A stretch of 14,587 nt of DNA from Pyrinomonadaceae bacterium. Lineage in GTDB: Bacteria; Acidobacteriota; Blastocatellia; Pyrinomonadales; Pyrinomonadaceae. This document shows positions 1-6,927 of this stretch, piece by piece. How positions within the stretch are numbered: position 1 is the first letter of the stretch; every line of letters begins with the position of its first letter. The notes under the pieces were generated by a model. That model saw only the letters and a program-made list of their open reading frames with translations. It did no database searches and was not told the origin of the DNA. The DNA lies in NCBI GenBank assembly GCA_035634035.1, contig DASQDT010000268.1:1-14587 (forward strand), read 5' to 3'. The position numbers were made by a program, and so were the translations under genes.

Positions 1-1522
1 CGCGACGCGGGATGTCGCGCGGCGGCGCGACGCGCGCGGGCCGAATAATCGTCAACCCTTCGCGCGAGCTGTCGCCGTCGGCGCGCCCGCCAGCGCCCAC
101 GGTGCGCGCAGGTACGGTCGGCCCGCGCCCGCCTTCGCCGCGCGCGTCGAGGCGTTCGAGGTCGGCGGGTCTGATGGGCAGACGCCCCTGCACGGGCTCG
201 CCCGTCATGGCGCGCTGCGCGAGGTCTGTCGGGGCGGGCCGCGCGCGCTGCGTGCCGAACTCCTGCTCACGCAGGATGGTCACGGCGCGCATCAACTCGG
301 GGTTGCGCCGGATGATGTTCGCGGCTTCGCTGCCGCGCACGGGGTCGAGCGGCCGTCGCTCGTGCCGGTCGTGCCGGCCGCGCCGGTAGTTCCGACTGTG
401 CGGGTCGCGGTGCCCGTAGCCGAGCGGGTACCAAGCGATGTGAGTGCCCGGATGTCTGCCCAAGTGTCTGCCCGTACGCAACACGATCTTGACGAAGACG
501 ACGAGCGCGGGCCGCCACCACGCGCGCCCGTGCCTGCGGCCGTAGGCGCGCGGAACCCAACACCAGTTGTCGTTGACGTAGACCCAACGCCCGTAGTGAT
601 AAGGGGCCCACCCCCACGGCTCGTCCGGCACCCACGTCCAGCCGTAAGGCGGACACCAAGCCCAGTGGCCGTGGCGGTACGGAGCCCAGTCGGGGTATTG
701 GCTGACGACTGAGGCGCGCGGACGCCAGACCCACCCGTAAGGCTCTTGGTGAACCCAGTCGCCGTAGGTGTCCAACTCCTCCGCGCCGTAGATGTCGGCG
801 TCGTAGTAGCGCTCGCGGTTCTCGTAGCGCAGGAGCACGGCGAGGTGTCGCTCGCGCTCGTCGTTCCAAGCGTCCCAGTCGTCGAAGGCCGCGGCCTGTG
901 AGATTTCCCAGTCGCCGTCGGCGAAGGTGTCGTAGGCGAGGCGGGCCGTGCGGCCGCTGCGCAGGAGGAAGCCGGAGGTTTCGGAGTAGACGCGCGCGCG
1001 GCCGTCGTCGCGGACGGTGACGCGAACGTCGCCGTCGCGCCCGACGTCGACGCGGTAGAGGCCCTTCGTCTCGGCCGAGACGGTGGACTTCGGCGCGTCC
1101 AGCTCGAAGTACTCGCGCGCGCGGTCGAAGCGCGCGAGGCGCAACGTCGCCGTCCCCTCGGAGATGCTGAGCGCGGCGCCCTCTTCGCGCAGCGTGACGA
1201 CGCTCAGCACCGACTGCTCCCCGACGCGGACGAAGTTGTAGGCGTCGAACTGAATCTCCACGCGCGCGTCGCGGCCCGTGGCGAGCGTGTCGCCCTCGAC
1301 GAGCGGGATGTTGAGGCGCGCCGGCTCCCACTCGATGTTGCCGGCGCGTCTGAGCGACACTTCGCCGCGCATGAGGCTGACGCGGACGACGCGGGCCGTC
1401 TCGTCGTACTCGTCGGGCTCGTACTGGTCTTCTTCGTCGGCGCGGGCGGTCGCGCTCGCGCAGAGGAGCGCGGCGATGATGAGAAGCAGAAGGCGTGTGG
1501 GAGACGTGTGTCGAGAACGCAT
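1..1522 (-). CDS. Secreted FecR-domain protein with a Trp/Tyr/Pro-rich C-terminal repeat region; partial, the 3' end runs off the window start
   Basis: This is absent from the ORF track because it has no in-window stop. I scanned tta/cta/tca triplets on the plus strand in this frame and found none between 1 and 1522, so the frame is open. ATG at 1522 (rc of cat 1520-1522). The translation starts MRSRHTSPTRLLLLIIAALLCASATARA-DEEDQYEP..., which has a clear signal peptide. It is followed by a FecR-like block (VRVSLMRGEVSLRRAGNIEWEPARLNIPLVEGDTLATGRDARVEIQF...SVLSV...GTATLRL), covering roughly nt 1073-1390. Next comes PYGWVWRP...WAPYRHGHWAWCPPYGWTWVPDEPWGWAPYHYGRWVYVNDNWCWVP, at about nt 539-766. 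The listed 267..1331(-) and 1204..1701(-) ORFs are in other frames and are Arg-rich artefacts. Confidence 0.75.
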   Translation of the reverse strand, partial: MRSRHTSPTRLLLLIIAALLCASATARADEEDQYEPDEYDETARVVRVSLMRGEVSLRRAGNIEWEPARLNIPLVEGDTLATGRDARVEIQFDAYNFVRVGEQSVLSVVTLREEGAALSISEGTATLRLARFDRAREYFELDAPKSTVSAETKGLYRVDVGRDGDVRVTVRDDGRARVYSETSGFLLRSGRTARLAYDTFADGDWEISQAAAFDDWDAWNDERERHLAVLLRYENRERYYDADIYGAEELDTYGDWVHQEPYGWVWRPRASVVSQYPDWAPYRHGHWAWCPPYGWTWVPDEPWGWAPYHYGRWVYVNDNWCWVPRAYGRRHGRAWWRPALVVFVKIVLRTGRHLGRHPGTHIAWYPLGYGHRDPHSRNYRRGRHDRHERRPLDPVRGSEAANIIRRNPELMRAVTILREQEFGTQRARPAPTDLAQRAMTGEPVQGRLPIRPADLERLDARGEGGRGPTVPARTVGAGGRADGDSSREGLTIIRPARVAPPRDIPRR

Positions 1523-1791
1523 AGGGCGATACGCTCCTTACTCCTGTCGGTACGAAGGCGGGGCAAACTCCTGCGCCGGGGCAAAGGGCGACGGCGTTCG
1601 CGCGCGGGACTCTGAAAGTTGTGCGCCGAGAGAAAAGCGTTTTGCGAGGGCTTTAGTCCGGTGTCAGGGGCGTGAGCAAGAGGCGTGCCCGCGCCCCGCA
1701 CGCACGCGGGCGGAGGCGAAGGTGTGAGCTTTTCCTTGAAAAATCGAGGGGCGGGGAAAACCCTCTATGCGAGATGGTGCAGCGCCCGACA

Positions 1792-2517
1792 CTATTTGGT
1801 GCGCCGCCGGGCGCGTCGCCTCGCGGGCGCTATCTCCGAAAAGGAGAGGTCGAGGATCGTGTACTCGCGCCAGTCTTTGTAGTCGTAGTGCCACCACTCG
1901 GGCGCGTAGACGGCGAAGCCCTCGGCCTCCATCGCGGCGCGCAAGGTGTCGCGCGCGCGTCGCTCCTCGTGGCCTCCGCCCGCGTAGTCGATGTGCGAGC
2001 GCTCGCTCATCTCGTCGTAGCCGCTCGGCATCGCGACCTGTCTGCCCGTCCGAAGGTCGTAGAGCGTGAGGTCGACGGCGCAGCCGCGGTTGTGACGCGA
2101 GCCGCGCGCGGGGTCGGCGACGAACTGTTTTTTGTCCTCGGGCGTCAAGTCCCAGAAGAGCTTCGTGACGTGCCACGGGCGGTAGCCGTCGAAGACGACG
2201 AGGCCGTAGCCGCGCCGCTTGAGAGCGCGGCTGACGCGCGCGAGCGCGACGGCGGCGGGACGTTGCAGGAAGGCGCGCGCCTCGTTGTAGACGGGTCGGC
2301 CGACGAAGTTGTTCGCGGTCGCGTAGCGCACGTCGAGGCGCATGGTGCGGTCGAGCGTGACGAGCTCGACGAGGTCGGGGCGGCGGAACTCGCCCTCCTC
2401 TTTCGGCGGCCGCTCGCGTTGCGCCGCGACGGCCGGGGCGAGCGCGGCGATGACGAGAGCCGTCGTTAAGAGACGCGCGCGGAAGTTGAAGAAGGCGGCG
2501 AGGCGTTCTGGTCTCAA
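1792..2517 (-). CDS. ddpX: D-alanyl-D-alanine dipeptidase, VanX/DdpX family (peptidase M15D), with an N-terminal signal peptide
   Basis: 241-aa ORF. Family motifs are YATANNFVGRPVY, SRHNRGCAVDLTL (the SxHxxGxAVD zinc-ligand block) and EWWHYDY. The start is TTG at 2517, preceded by GGAGGAG with a 4-nt spacer (rc of 2521-2527). The N-terminus MRPERLAAFFNFRARLLTTALVIAALAPAVAAQ looks like a secretion signal. Confidence 0.85.
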   Translation of the reverse strand: MRPERLAAFFNFRARLLTTALVIAALAPAVAAQRERPPKEEGEFRRPDLVELVTLDRTMRLDVRYATANNFVGRPVYNEARAFLQRPAAVALARVSRALKRRGYGLVVFDGYRPWHVTKLFWDLTPEDKKQFVADPARGSRHNRGCAVDLTLYDLRTGRQVAMPSGYDEMSERSHIDYAGGGHEERRARDTLRAAMEAEGFAVYAPEWWHYDYKDWREYTILDLSFSEIAPARRRARRRTK

Positions 2518-2577
2518 GTCGGCGCTCCTCCGGGTCGCTGTCAGAAAAGATGAAAAAGTAGACGACGCGCCCCGCAG

Positions 2578-2594
2578 TGTAAACGAGATGTAAA
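2578..2594. promoter_or_regulatory. Direct repeat TGTAAA-N5-TGTAAA (11-bp periodicity) in an AT-richer island upstream of the dipeptidase gene; candidate regulator binding site
   Basis: tgtaaa at 2578-2583 and again at 2589-2594, 61-77 bp upstream of the TTG start at 2517 on the other strand. The surrounding 2575-2700 is conspicuously A/T-rich for this genome (gtaaattaaaag, cgaaaaatttaaacc, gaaatattttgcc). Confidence 0.25.
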
Positions 2595-2905
2595 TTAAAA
2601 GTCGCGGGCGCGAAAAATTTAAACCGCGCGCGCGCGTCGGGCGTTTAAGGCAGAAATAACGCGCGAAGCGCGCGCCGGCCGGCGGCCGAAATATTTTGCC
2701 ACAAAGGCCGCGGAGGCGGTGTTTCCACGTTAGAAACGGTTAGCCGGGGCGTCGGCGGGTCGAAACCAAACGGGACGCCCGAACGGGGAGAACGCCCCGA
2801 CTAACCGGAACTTTTCAGACGCCCGCGGCGAATCCCTTATTGAGTCGCACGAAGCTTCCCAAGACTCCACATCCGAGGGGGCGTCAAAAAGGCAAGGTGG
2901 TCGCG

Positions 2906-3640
2906 ATGAAACACAGGTCAACCGGCATCTTCATCATCGTTCTGGCGGCGCTCGTCGCCGCCCCGAGCGCATCACAACAACTCCTCGCGCTCAAGGACGC
3001 GGCGGCCGGACGCCTCGAAGCCACGCTCTGGGACGCCTTCCTCAGTCTCAACGGACACCACGCCGAGCCGGCGAACGCCGACGCCTCGCCCATCCGTCAG
3101 GTCGCGCCGGTCGAGACGGCGGCGTCGGCCCGCGCGCGAAAGGCGGAGGCCGCGCCGAAACTTCGGGAGGCCGCCCGCCCGGAGCCGCGACGCGCGGCGG
3201 GAGGCGAGGACGCTTGGGCGGACGAGCGTTTCGTCGCGCAGTTCAGGAAGGACGAGAGACTCTTCGCCTTCGACCCGGAGGCCGAGGCCGGTCTGCGCAT
3301 GGCCGTCCCCGTCGAGCTTCCGTTCGAGCTCGACCGGTTGATTAAGTCCGCGCACGTGGGGGCGCGGGCCGACGTGCTGGTCACGCGCGCGAGGGCGGCC
3401 GAGGCGGCGGGCGCGAAGCTCAAAGTCCGCGCGCCTCTGCCGGAAGTGGCTCTGAAGGGCGTGCAGGGCGTCCGCACGGCTCCGCGCGCGCGCGGGGCGA
3501 AGGACACCTTGAAGCGTCTGCCGGCGGCGGGCGTTCAGCACGACGCGTGGGAGCGGCCGGGCGTCAACTTCGACTTCGACTACAACGAGTCGGAGAAGAC
3601 GGCGCCGCGCCACGCGGGCGAGTCTCAAACGCGGAATTGA
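2906..3640 (+). CDS. Hypothetical secreted protein (Ala/Arg-rich), no recognisable family
   Basis: The ORF track gives 2840..3640 from a TTG. I prefer ATG at 2906, preceded by AAGGTGG with a 5-nt spacer. The N-terminus MKHRSTGIFIIVLAALVAAPSASQQ is a signal peptide. Third codon positions are strongly G/C-biased throughout, consistent with real coding. Confidence 0.55.
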   Translation: MKHRSTGIFIIVLAALVAAPSASQQLLALKDAAAGRLEATLWDAFLSLNGHHAEPANADASPIRQVAPVETAASARARKAEAAPKLREAARPEPRRAAGGEDAWADERFVAQFRKDERLFAFDPEAEAGLRMAVPVELPFELDRLIKSAHVGARADVLVTRARAAEAAGAKLKVRAPLPEVALKGVQGVRTAPRARGAKDTLKRLPAAGVQHDAWERPGVNFDFDYNESEKTAPRHAGESQTRN

Positions 3641-3773
3641 CGAGCGGCGACGTTTACCGCTTCGCGAGTTGACGCGCGCGGGAACTGAAAACTGTAGCGG
3701 GCGGCGGCGGTCGAAGGACTCGCGGCCGCCCGCTTCGCACTTCGGCGGCAGTCGCGCGGCGGCGACCGAACGT

Positions 3774-3802
3774 AGAACTTTACCGCGCGTCTAACGTATA
3801 AT
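3774..3802 (+). promoter_or_regulatory. Candidate sigma70-type promoter with a perfect TATAAT -10 (3797-3802) and a weak -35 (tagaac/agaact near 3773-3779)
   Basis: A perfect TATAAT is striking in a roughly 70% GC background. It lies 85 bp upstream of the ATG at 3887. The -35 match is poor, so the call rests mainly on the -10 and its position. Confidence 0.3.
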
Positions 3803-3886
3803 ATTTCCGCGCCCGGAGCCGGACAGGTTCGGCACCGTCAGAGTTGCGAACCATGAGAGATTGAAGTCCGGCGCGGTCGGCGTAAG

Positions 3887-4618
3887 ATGACCGCCACCTT
3901 AATCATCGCGTTTTTCCTGCTCGCCGCAGCCTCCTTCGTAATCATTCGCTCGAAACGCTCGAAGCCCACAGGCGAGGCCGACTTCGACTACCTGCCCACG
4001 CGCGCGCGCGGACTCTTCGGCGACGACTCGCCCCGCGCCCTGAACGCGGCCGCACGTGAAGCGGCCGACGACGAGCGAGCGCGCCGGGTGCGAGGGCTTC
4101 GCGAGCGCGCCGGGCGCGGCGAAATCGAGGTCTTGCGCGACGAAGCCTTGCGCGCCGACGCGCGACTCTACGCCGAAATTCTTGACACGCTCGTCGCAAA
4201 CGTGGATGCTTCGCCGGACAAGCTGGCGGCCGTCGCCTCCACGGTCTCGCGCGGCGACGGTCTGCGCGCGACGAAACGACTCGCCGACTCGCTCCTGAGA
4301 GCCCACGCGGAGAACCCCGAGGCTATCCGCGCGGCCGACCTCCTGCGCGTCGCCGCGCTCTCGGACGACGCAGAAACTTTCGCCGGCGCGCTCGACGCGA
4401 TCTTCGAGGCTTGGCGCGCCGGCTCCGTCCCGCGTCTTACGGCCTCAGACCTGAGCGACCTTTTTGAAGCCGAGTACCATCTGCTCGCCCCGGCGGCGCG
4501 GCAAGGCGGCTCGGCCTTCCTGCTCCTCGACAAACTCAGACACTATCGCGGGCGTCTGAGCGAACACACCGCCGGCACGCGCCGCGCGTCCCCTGCCGCG
4601 AAGTCGGACGACGGCTGA
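3887..4618 (+). CDS. N-terminally membrane-anchored hypothetical protein with an Ala/Arg/Asp/Leu-rich helical cytoplasmic domain; likely co-transcribed with the downstream flotillin
   Basis: 3887 is the only in-frame start after the upstream TGA at 3854. TM segment TATLIIAFFLLAAASFVII is followed by RSKRSK (positive-inside rule). Codon bias is high-GC3. The stop lies only 25 bp before the flotillin start with no intervening hairpin. Confidence 0.6.
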   Translation: MTATLIIAFFLLAAASFVIIRSKRSKPTGEADFDYLPTRARGLFGDDSPRALNAAAREAADDERARRVRGLRERAGRGEIEVLRDEALRADARLYAEILDTLVANVDASPDKLAAVASTVSRGDGLRATKRLADSLLRAHAENPEAIRAADLLRVAALSDDAETFAGALDAIFEAWRAGSVPRLTASDLSDLFEAEYHLLAPAARQGGSAFLLLDKLRHYRGRLSEHTAGTRRASPAAKSDDG

Positions 4619-4643
4619 AGTCTTAAACCCTCCGAGGCTCACC

Positions 4644-6848
4644 ATGAATATGTTAGAAACACTCCCTCTGCTGACCATCGCCCTCGTCGTGGTCGGCCTG
4701 ATCGCCCTGCTCATCATTCTGAGCTGCGTGCTCGTCAACGTCGGCGCGCGCGAAATCGCCATCAAGGAGCGGCGCTACCTCGGCGCGAAGATGCCGCCCG
4801 GACGCGTCGTCGCCACCGAGGGCGAGGTCGGCATTCAGGCCGACGTGCTCAAGCCCGGTCTGCACCTCATCAAGTGGCCCTTCGAGAGCGTCGTCCGCAA
4901 AGTCCCGCTCATCGAGATCGGGCCGGACGAGCTGGGGGTAGTCGAGGCGATTGACGGCGAGCCGATGCAGGCCGGCAGTATCTTCGCGCCCGACCGCGCG
5001 GAGAACGCGCACAACAACTTCCAAGACCCCATCGCCTTCATCAAGCGCGGCGGCGTCAAAGGCATCCAACTGCGCACGCTCCCGCCGGGCCTGTGGCCGA
5101 TTCACCCCTACCTGTTCCGCGTCTCGGTCTCGAAGGCGACGATGATTCCGCCGGGCAAGGTCGGCGTCATCACCTCGGCCGACGGCGACCCGCTCGACGC
5201 CGGCCGCCTGCACGGCAAGGCGATTGCCGGCCACCGCAACTTCCAAGACGCCGAGGCGTTCATCGCCAACGGCGGCCAGAAGGGGCCGCAGGTCGAAATC
5301 CTGACGCCGGGCACGTACCGCATCCTCCAGCAGTCGATTCCGATTGACGGCGGGCAAGAGTTCAAGCCCGGCCTCTTCACCGTCCGCCTCTACGACGCGA
5401 CGGCGATTAGCGAGAACAACATCGGCTTGGTCGAGGCGCTCGACGGAGCGCCCTTAGACCCGCGCGACTACGTCGCCACGCCCGTCCTCGGCCACGACAA
5501 CTTTCAGGACTGCAACGAGTTCATCTCGCGCGGCGGGCAGCGCGGGCCGCAGAAGGACATTCTCCTGCCCGGCACTTACTACATCAACCCGCTCGTCTTC
5601 AAGGTCATCCCCGAGTCGGCGCGCGAGGTCAAACCCGGCGAGGTCGCCGTCGTCGTCTCGAACGTCGGCAAAGACCCGACCGAGGAGATTCGGCGCGAGA
5701 TGGCCGACAAGGTGCGCGTGCGCTTGGAGAAGGAGGAGCAGGAGCAGGTGTCGAAGGCCGCCGCGCGCCTCGACAAGCTCGACGGCGAGAGCCGGGAAAT
5801 CTCCGAGATTCAGGAGGAGCTAATCATCAACGACCCGGCCGATATGCGGCTCGATCAGGGCGCGCACGAGGCCTACGTCGTCCCGGAGGGCTACCGCGGC
5901 ATACAGGAGACGGTCGTCGGCCCCGGCAAGTACTACATCAACACGCTGGCGATGTCGCCCATCATCATCCCGACGACCAACATGACCGTCGAGTGGACGG
6001 CCGAGGAGGTCGACAACACCTTCGACCCGTTCGAGGTCATCTCCAAAGACGGCTTCACGATGAAGCTCGAAGTGCGCGTCGTCTTCCGCGTCAAGCCCGA
6101 GGACGCGCCCTTCATGGTCGCCAAAATAGGCAACACCGACAAGCTCATCCAGAACGTGATGCACCCGCTCATCGACTCCATCTTCCGCAATCAGGCGTCG
6201 GAGTCGTCGGCGATGGCCTACCTTCAGAACCGCCACGAGGAGCAGGAGCGCGCCGAGGCGCGCGTCCGGATGCACCTCCTGAAGTACCACGTCGACGTGG
6301 TCAACGTCCTCATCTGCCACATCCACCTGCCCGAGGAGCTGATGAAGACGCAGACGGAGAAAATCCTCGCCGAGCAGCGCCAGAATATGTACAACGCGCA
6401 GCGCGAGGCCGAGGACAAGCGCATCCAGCTTGAGAAGACGCGCGCCCACGCCGACAACCAGCGCGACCTGATGGCGGCGACCGTCGGCGTCGAGATTTCA
6501 TCGCGCCGCTCCGAGCAGCGCAAGGCCGAGGCCGACGGCGAGGCCCACTACATTCTCGCCACCGGCAAGGCCGAGGCCGAGAAGGTGCGCTTGATGGGCG
6601 AGGCGCAGGGCGTCGCCTACAAGGAGCAGGTCAACGCGCTCGGCCCGCAGGGCGTCGCGCTCGTCGAGACCTTGAAGGTCATCGGCGAGAAGGGCGTCCG
6701 CATCACGCCCGACGTGATGGCCACGGGCGGGGCCGACGGCGCGGGCGGGGGCATCGCGCAGCTACTCCTGCTCAACCTCTTCCGCGAGCGCATCGGCCTC
6801 GACCAGCCGACCGGCAACGGCTCGAAGTCGCCCGTCGGTCAGGGCTGA
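4644..6848 (+). CDS. Flotillin-family SPFH/band-7 membrane protein (FloT/YqiK-like) with a reiterated N-terminal segment
   Basis: 734 aa. Contains an N-terminal TM helix (LPLLTIALVVVGLIALLIILSCVLV) and an SPFH core (TVEWTAEEVDNTFDPFEVISKDGFTMKLEVRVVFRVKPEDAPFMVAKIGNTDKLIQN...). It has a long coiled-coil with the flotillin signature ATGKAEAEKVRLMGEAQGVAYKEQ and a C-terminal GIAQLLLLNLFRERIGLD, resembling the AEAEK...ITVV...SLxxSxGxD end of B. subtilis FloT as I recall it. Confidence 0.85.
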   Translation: MNMLETLPLLTIALVVVGLIALLIILSCVLVNVGAREIAIKERRYLGAKMPPGRVVATEGEVGIQADVLKPGLHLIKWPFESVVRKVPLIEIGPDELGVVEAIDGEPMQAGSIFAPDRAENAHNNFQDPIAFIKRGGVKGIQLRTLPPGLWPIHPYLFRVSVSKATMIPPGKVGVITSADGDPLDAGRLHGKAIAGHRNFQDAEAFIANGGQKGPQVEILTPGTYRILQQSIPIDGGQEFKPGLFTVRLYDATAISENNIGLVEALDGAPLDPRDYVATPVLGHDNFQDCNEFISRGGQRGPQKDILLPGTYYINPLVFKVIPESAREVKPGEVAVVVSNVGKDPTEEIRREMADKVRVRLEKEEQEQVSKAAARLDKLDGESREISEIQEELIINDPADMRLDQGAHEAYVVPEGYRGIQETVVGPGKYYINTLAMSPIIIPTTNMTVEWTAEEVDNTFDPFEVISKDGFTMKLEVRVVFRVKPEDAPFMVAKIGNTDKLIQNVMHPLIDSIFRNQASESSAMAYLQNRHEEQERAEARVRMHLLKYHVDVVNVLICHIHLPEELMKTQTEKILAEQRQNMYNAQREAEDKRIQLEKTRAHADNQRDLMAATVGVEISSRRSEQRKAEADGEAHYILATGKAEAEKVRLMGEAQGVAYKEQVNALGPQGVALVETLKVIGEKGVRITPDVMATGGADGAGGGIAQLLLLNLFRERIGLDQPTGNGSKSPVGQG
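4749..5978 (+). repeat. Intragenic tandem protein repeats: about five copies of a 55-80 aa unit resembling the first beta-segment of the flotillin SPFH domain
   Basis: Unit consensus is G-x-(D/E)-x-x-x-(V/I)-x-x-x-D-G...H-x-N-F-Q-D-x-x-x-F-I-x-x-G-G-x-(K/R)-G-x-Q-x-x-x-L-x-P-G-x-Y-x-I-x-P-x-x-F-x-V...(P/K)PG(K/E). Copies are at nt 4749-4919 (degenerate), 4920-5159, 5160-5375 and 5415-5642, with the copy that leads into the SPFH core at 5841-5978. This resembles FloT N-terminus GPDEALIVTG...GGNRIKIVRGGGTFVLPVFQ (from memory). Confidence 0.5.
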
Positions 6849-6875
6849 CGGAAAAGTAAAAAGGCGAAAGCCGAA

Positions 6876-6927
6876 GGGCGGGAGGACGAAGGCCACGAAG
6901 GCTCTCGTCCTCCCGCCCCGTGCTTTT
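6876..6927. terminator. Bidirectional intrinsic terminator between the convergent flotillin (+) and aminotransferase (-) genes
   Basis: Stem gggcgggaggacga (6876-6889) pairs with tcgtcctcccgccc (6905-6918), with a 15-nt loop. It is followed by gtgctttt on the plus strand, and the complement is followed by tttcgcctttttactttt on the minus strand. It sits 28 nt after the flotillin stop and abuts the aminotransferase stop (6926-6928). Confidence 0.6.

Noticed and set aside
267-1331. 354-aa minus-strand ORF (Arg/Pro/Gly-rich) from the ORF track
   Set aside because: It is in a different frame from the convincing signal-peptide/FecR-domain reading that starts at 1522. The composition is pure Arg/Ala/Pro/Gly, typical of GC-driven off-frame ORFs. 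Its stop (tca at 267-269) is not in the real gene's frame.
1204-1701. 165-aa minus-strand ORF spanning the FecR-gene start and its upstream region
   Set aside because: It is off-frame relative to the real gene, Ser/Arg/Thr-rich with no motif. It overlaps the true N-terminus in another frame.
2730-2921. 63-aa minus-strand ORF lying in the ddpX/secreted-protein intergenic region
   Set aside because: Third-position GC is only about half, well below the roughly 90% seen in the real genes here. There is no SD. It overlaps the start of the 2906 gene. Cys/Ser/Phe-rich. It is unlikely to be coding.
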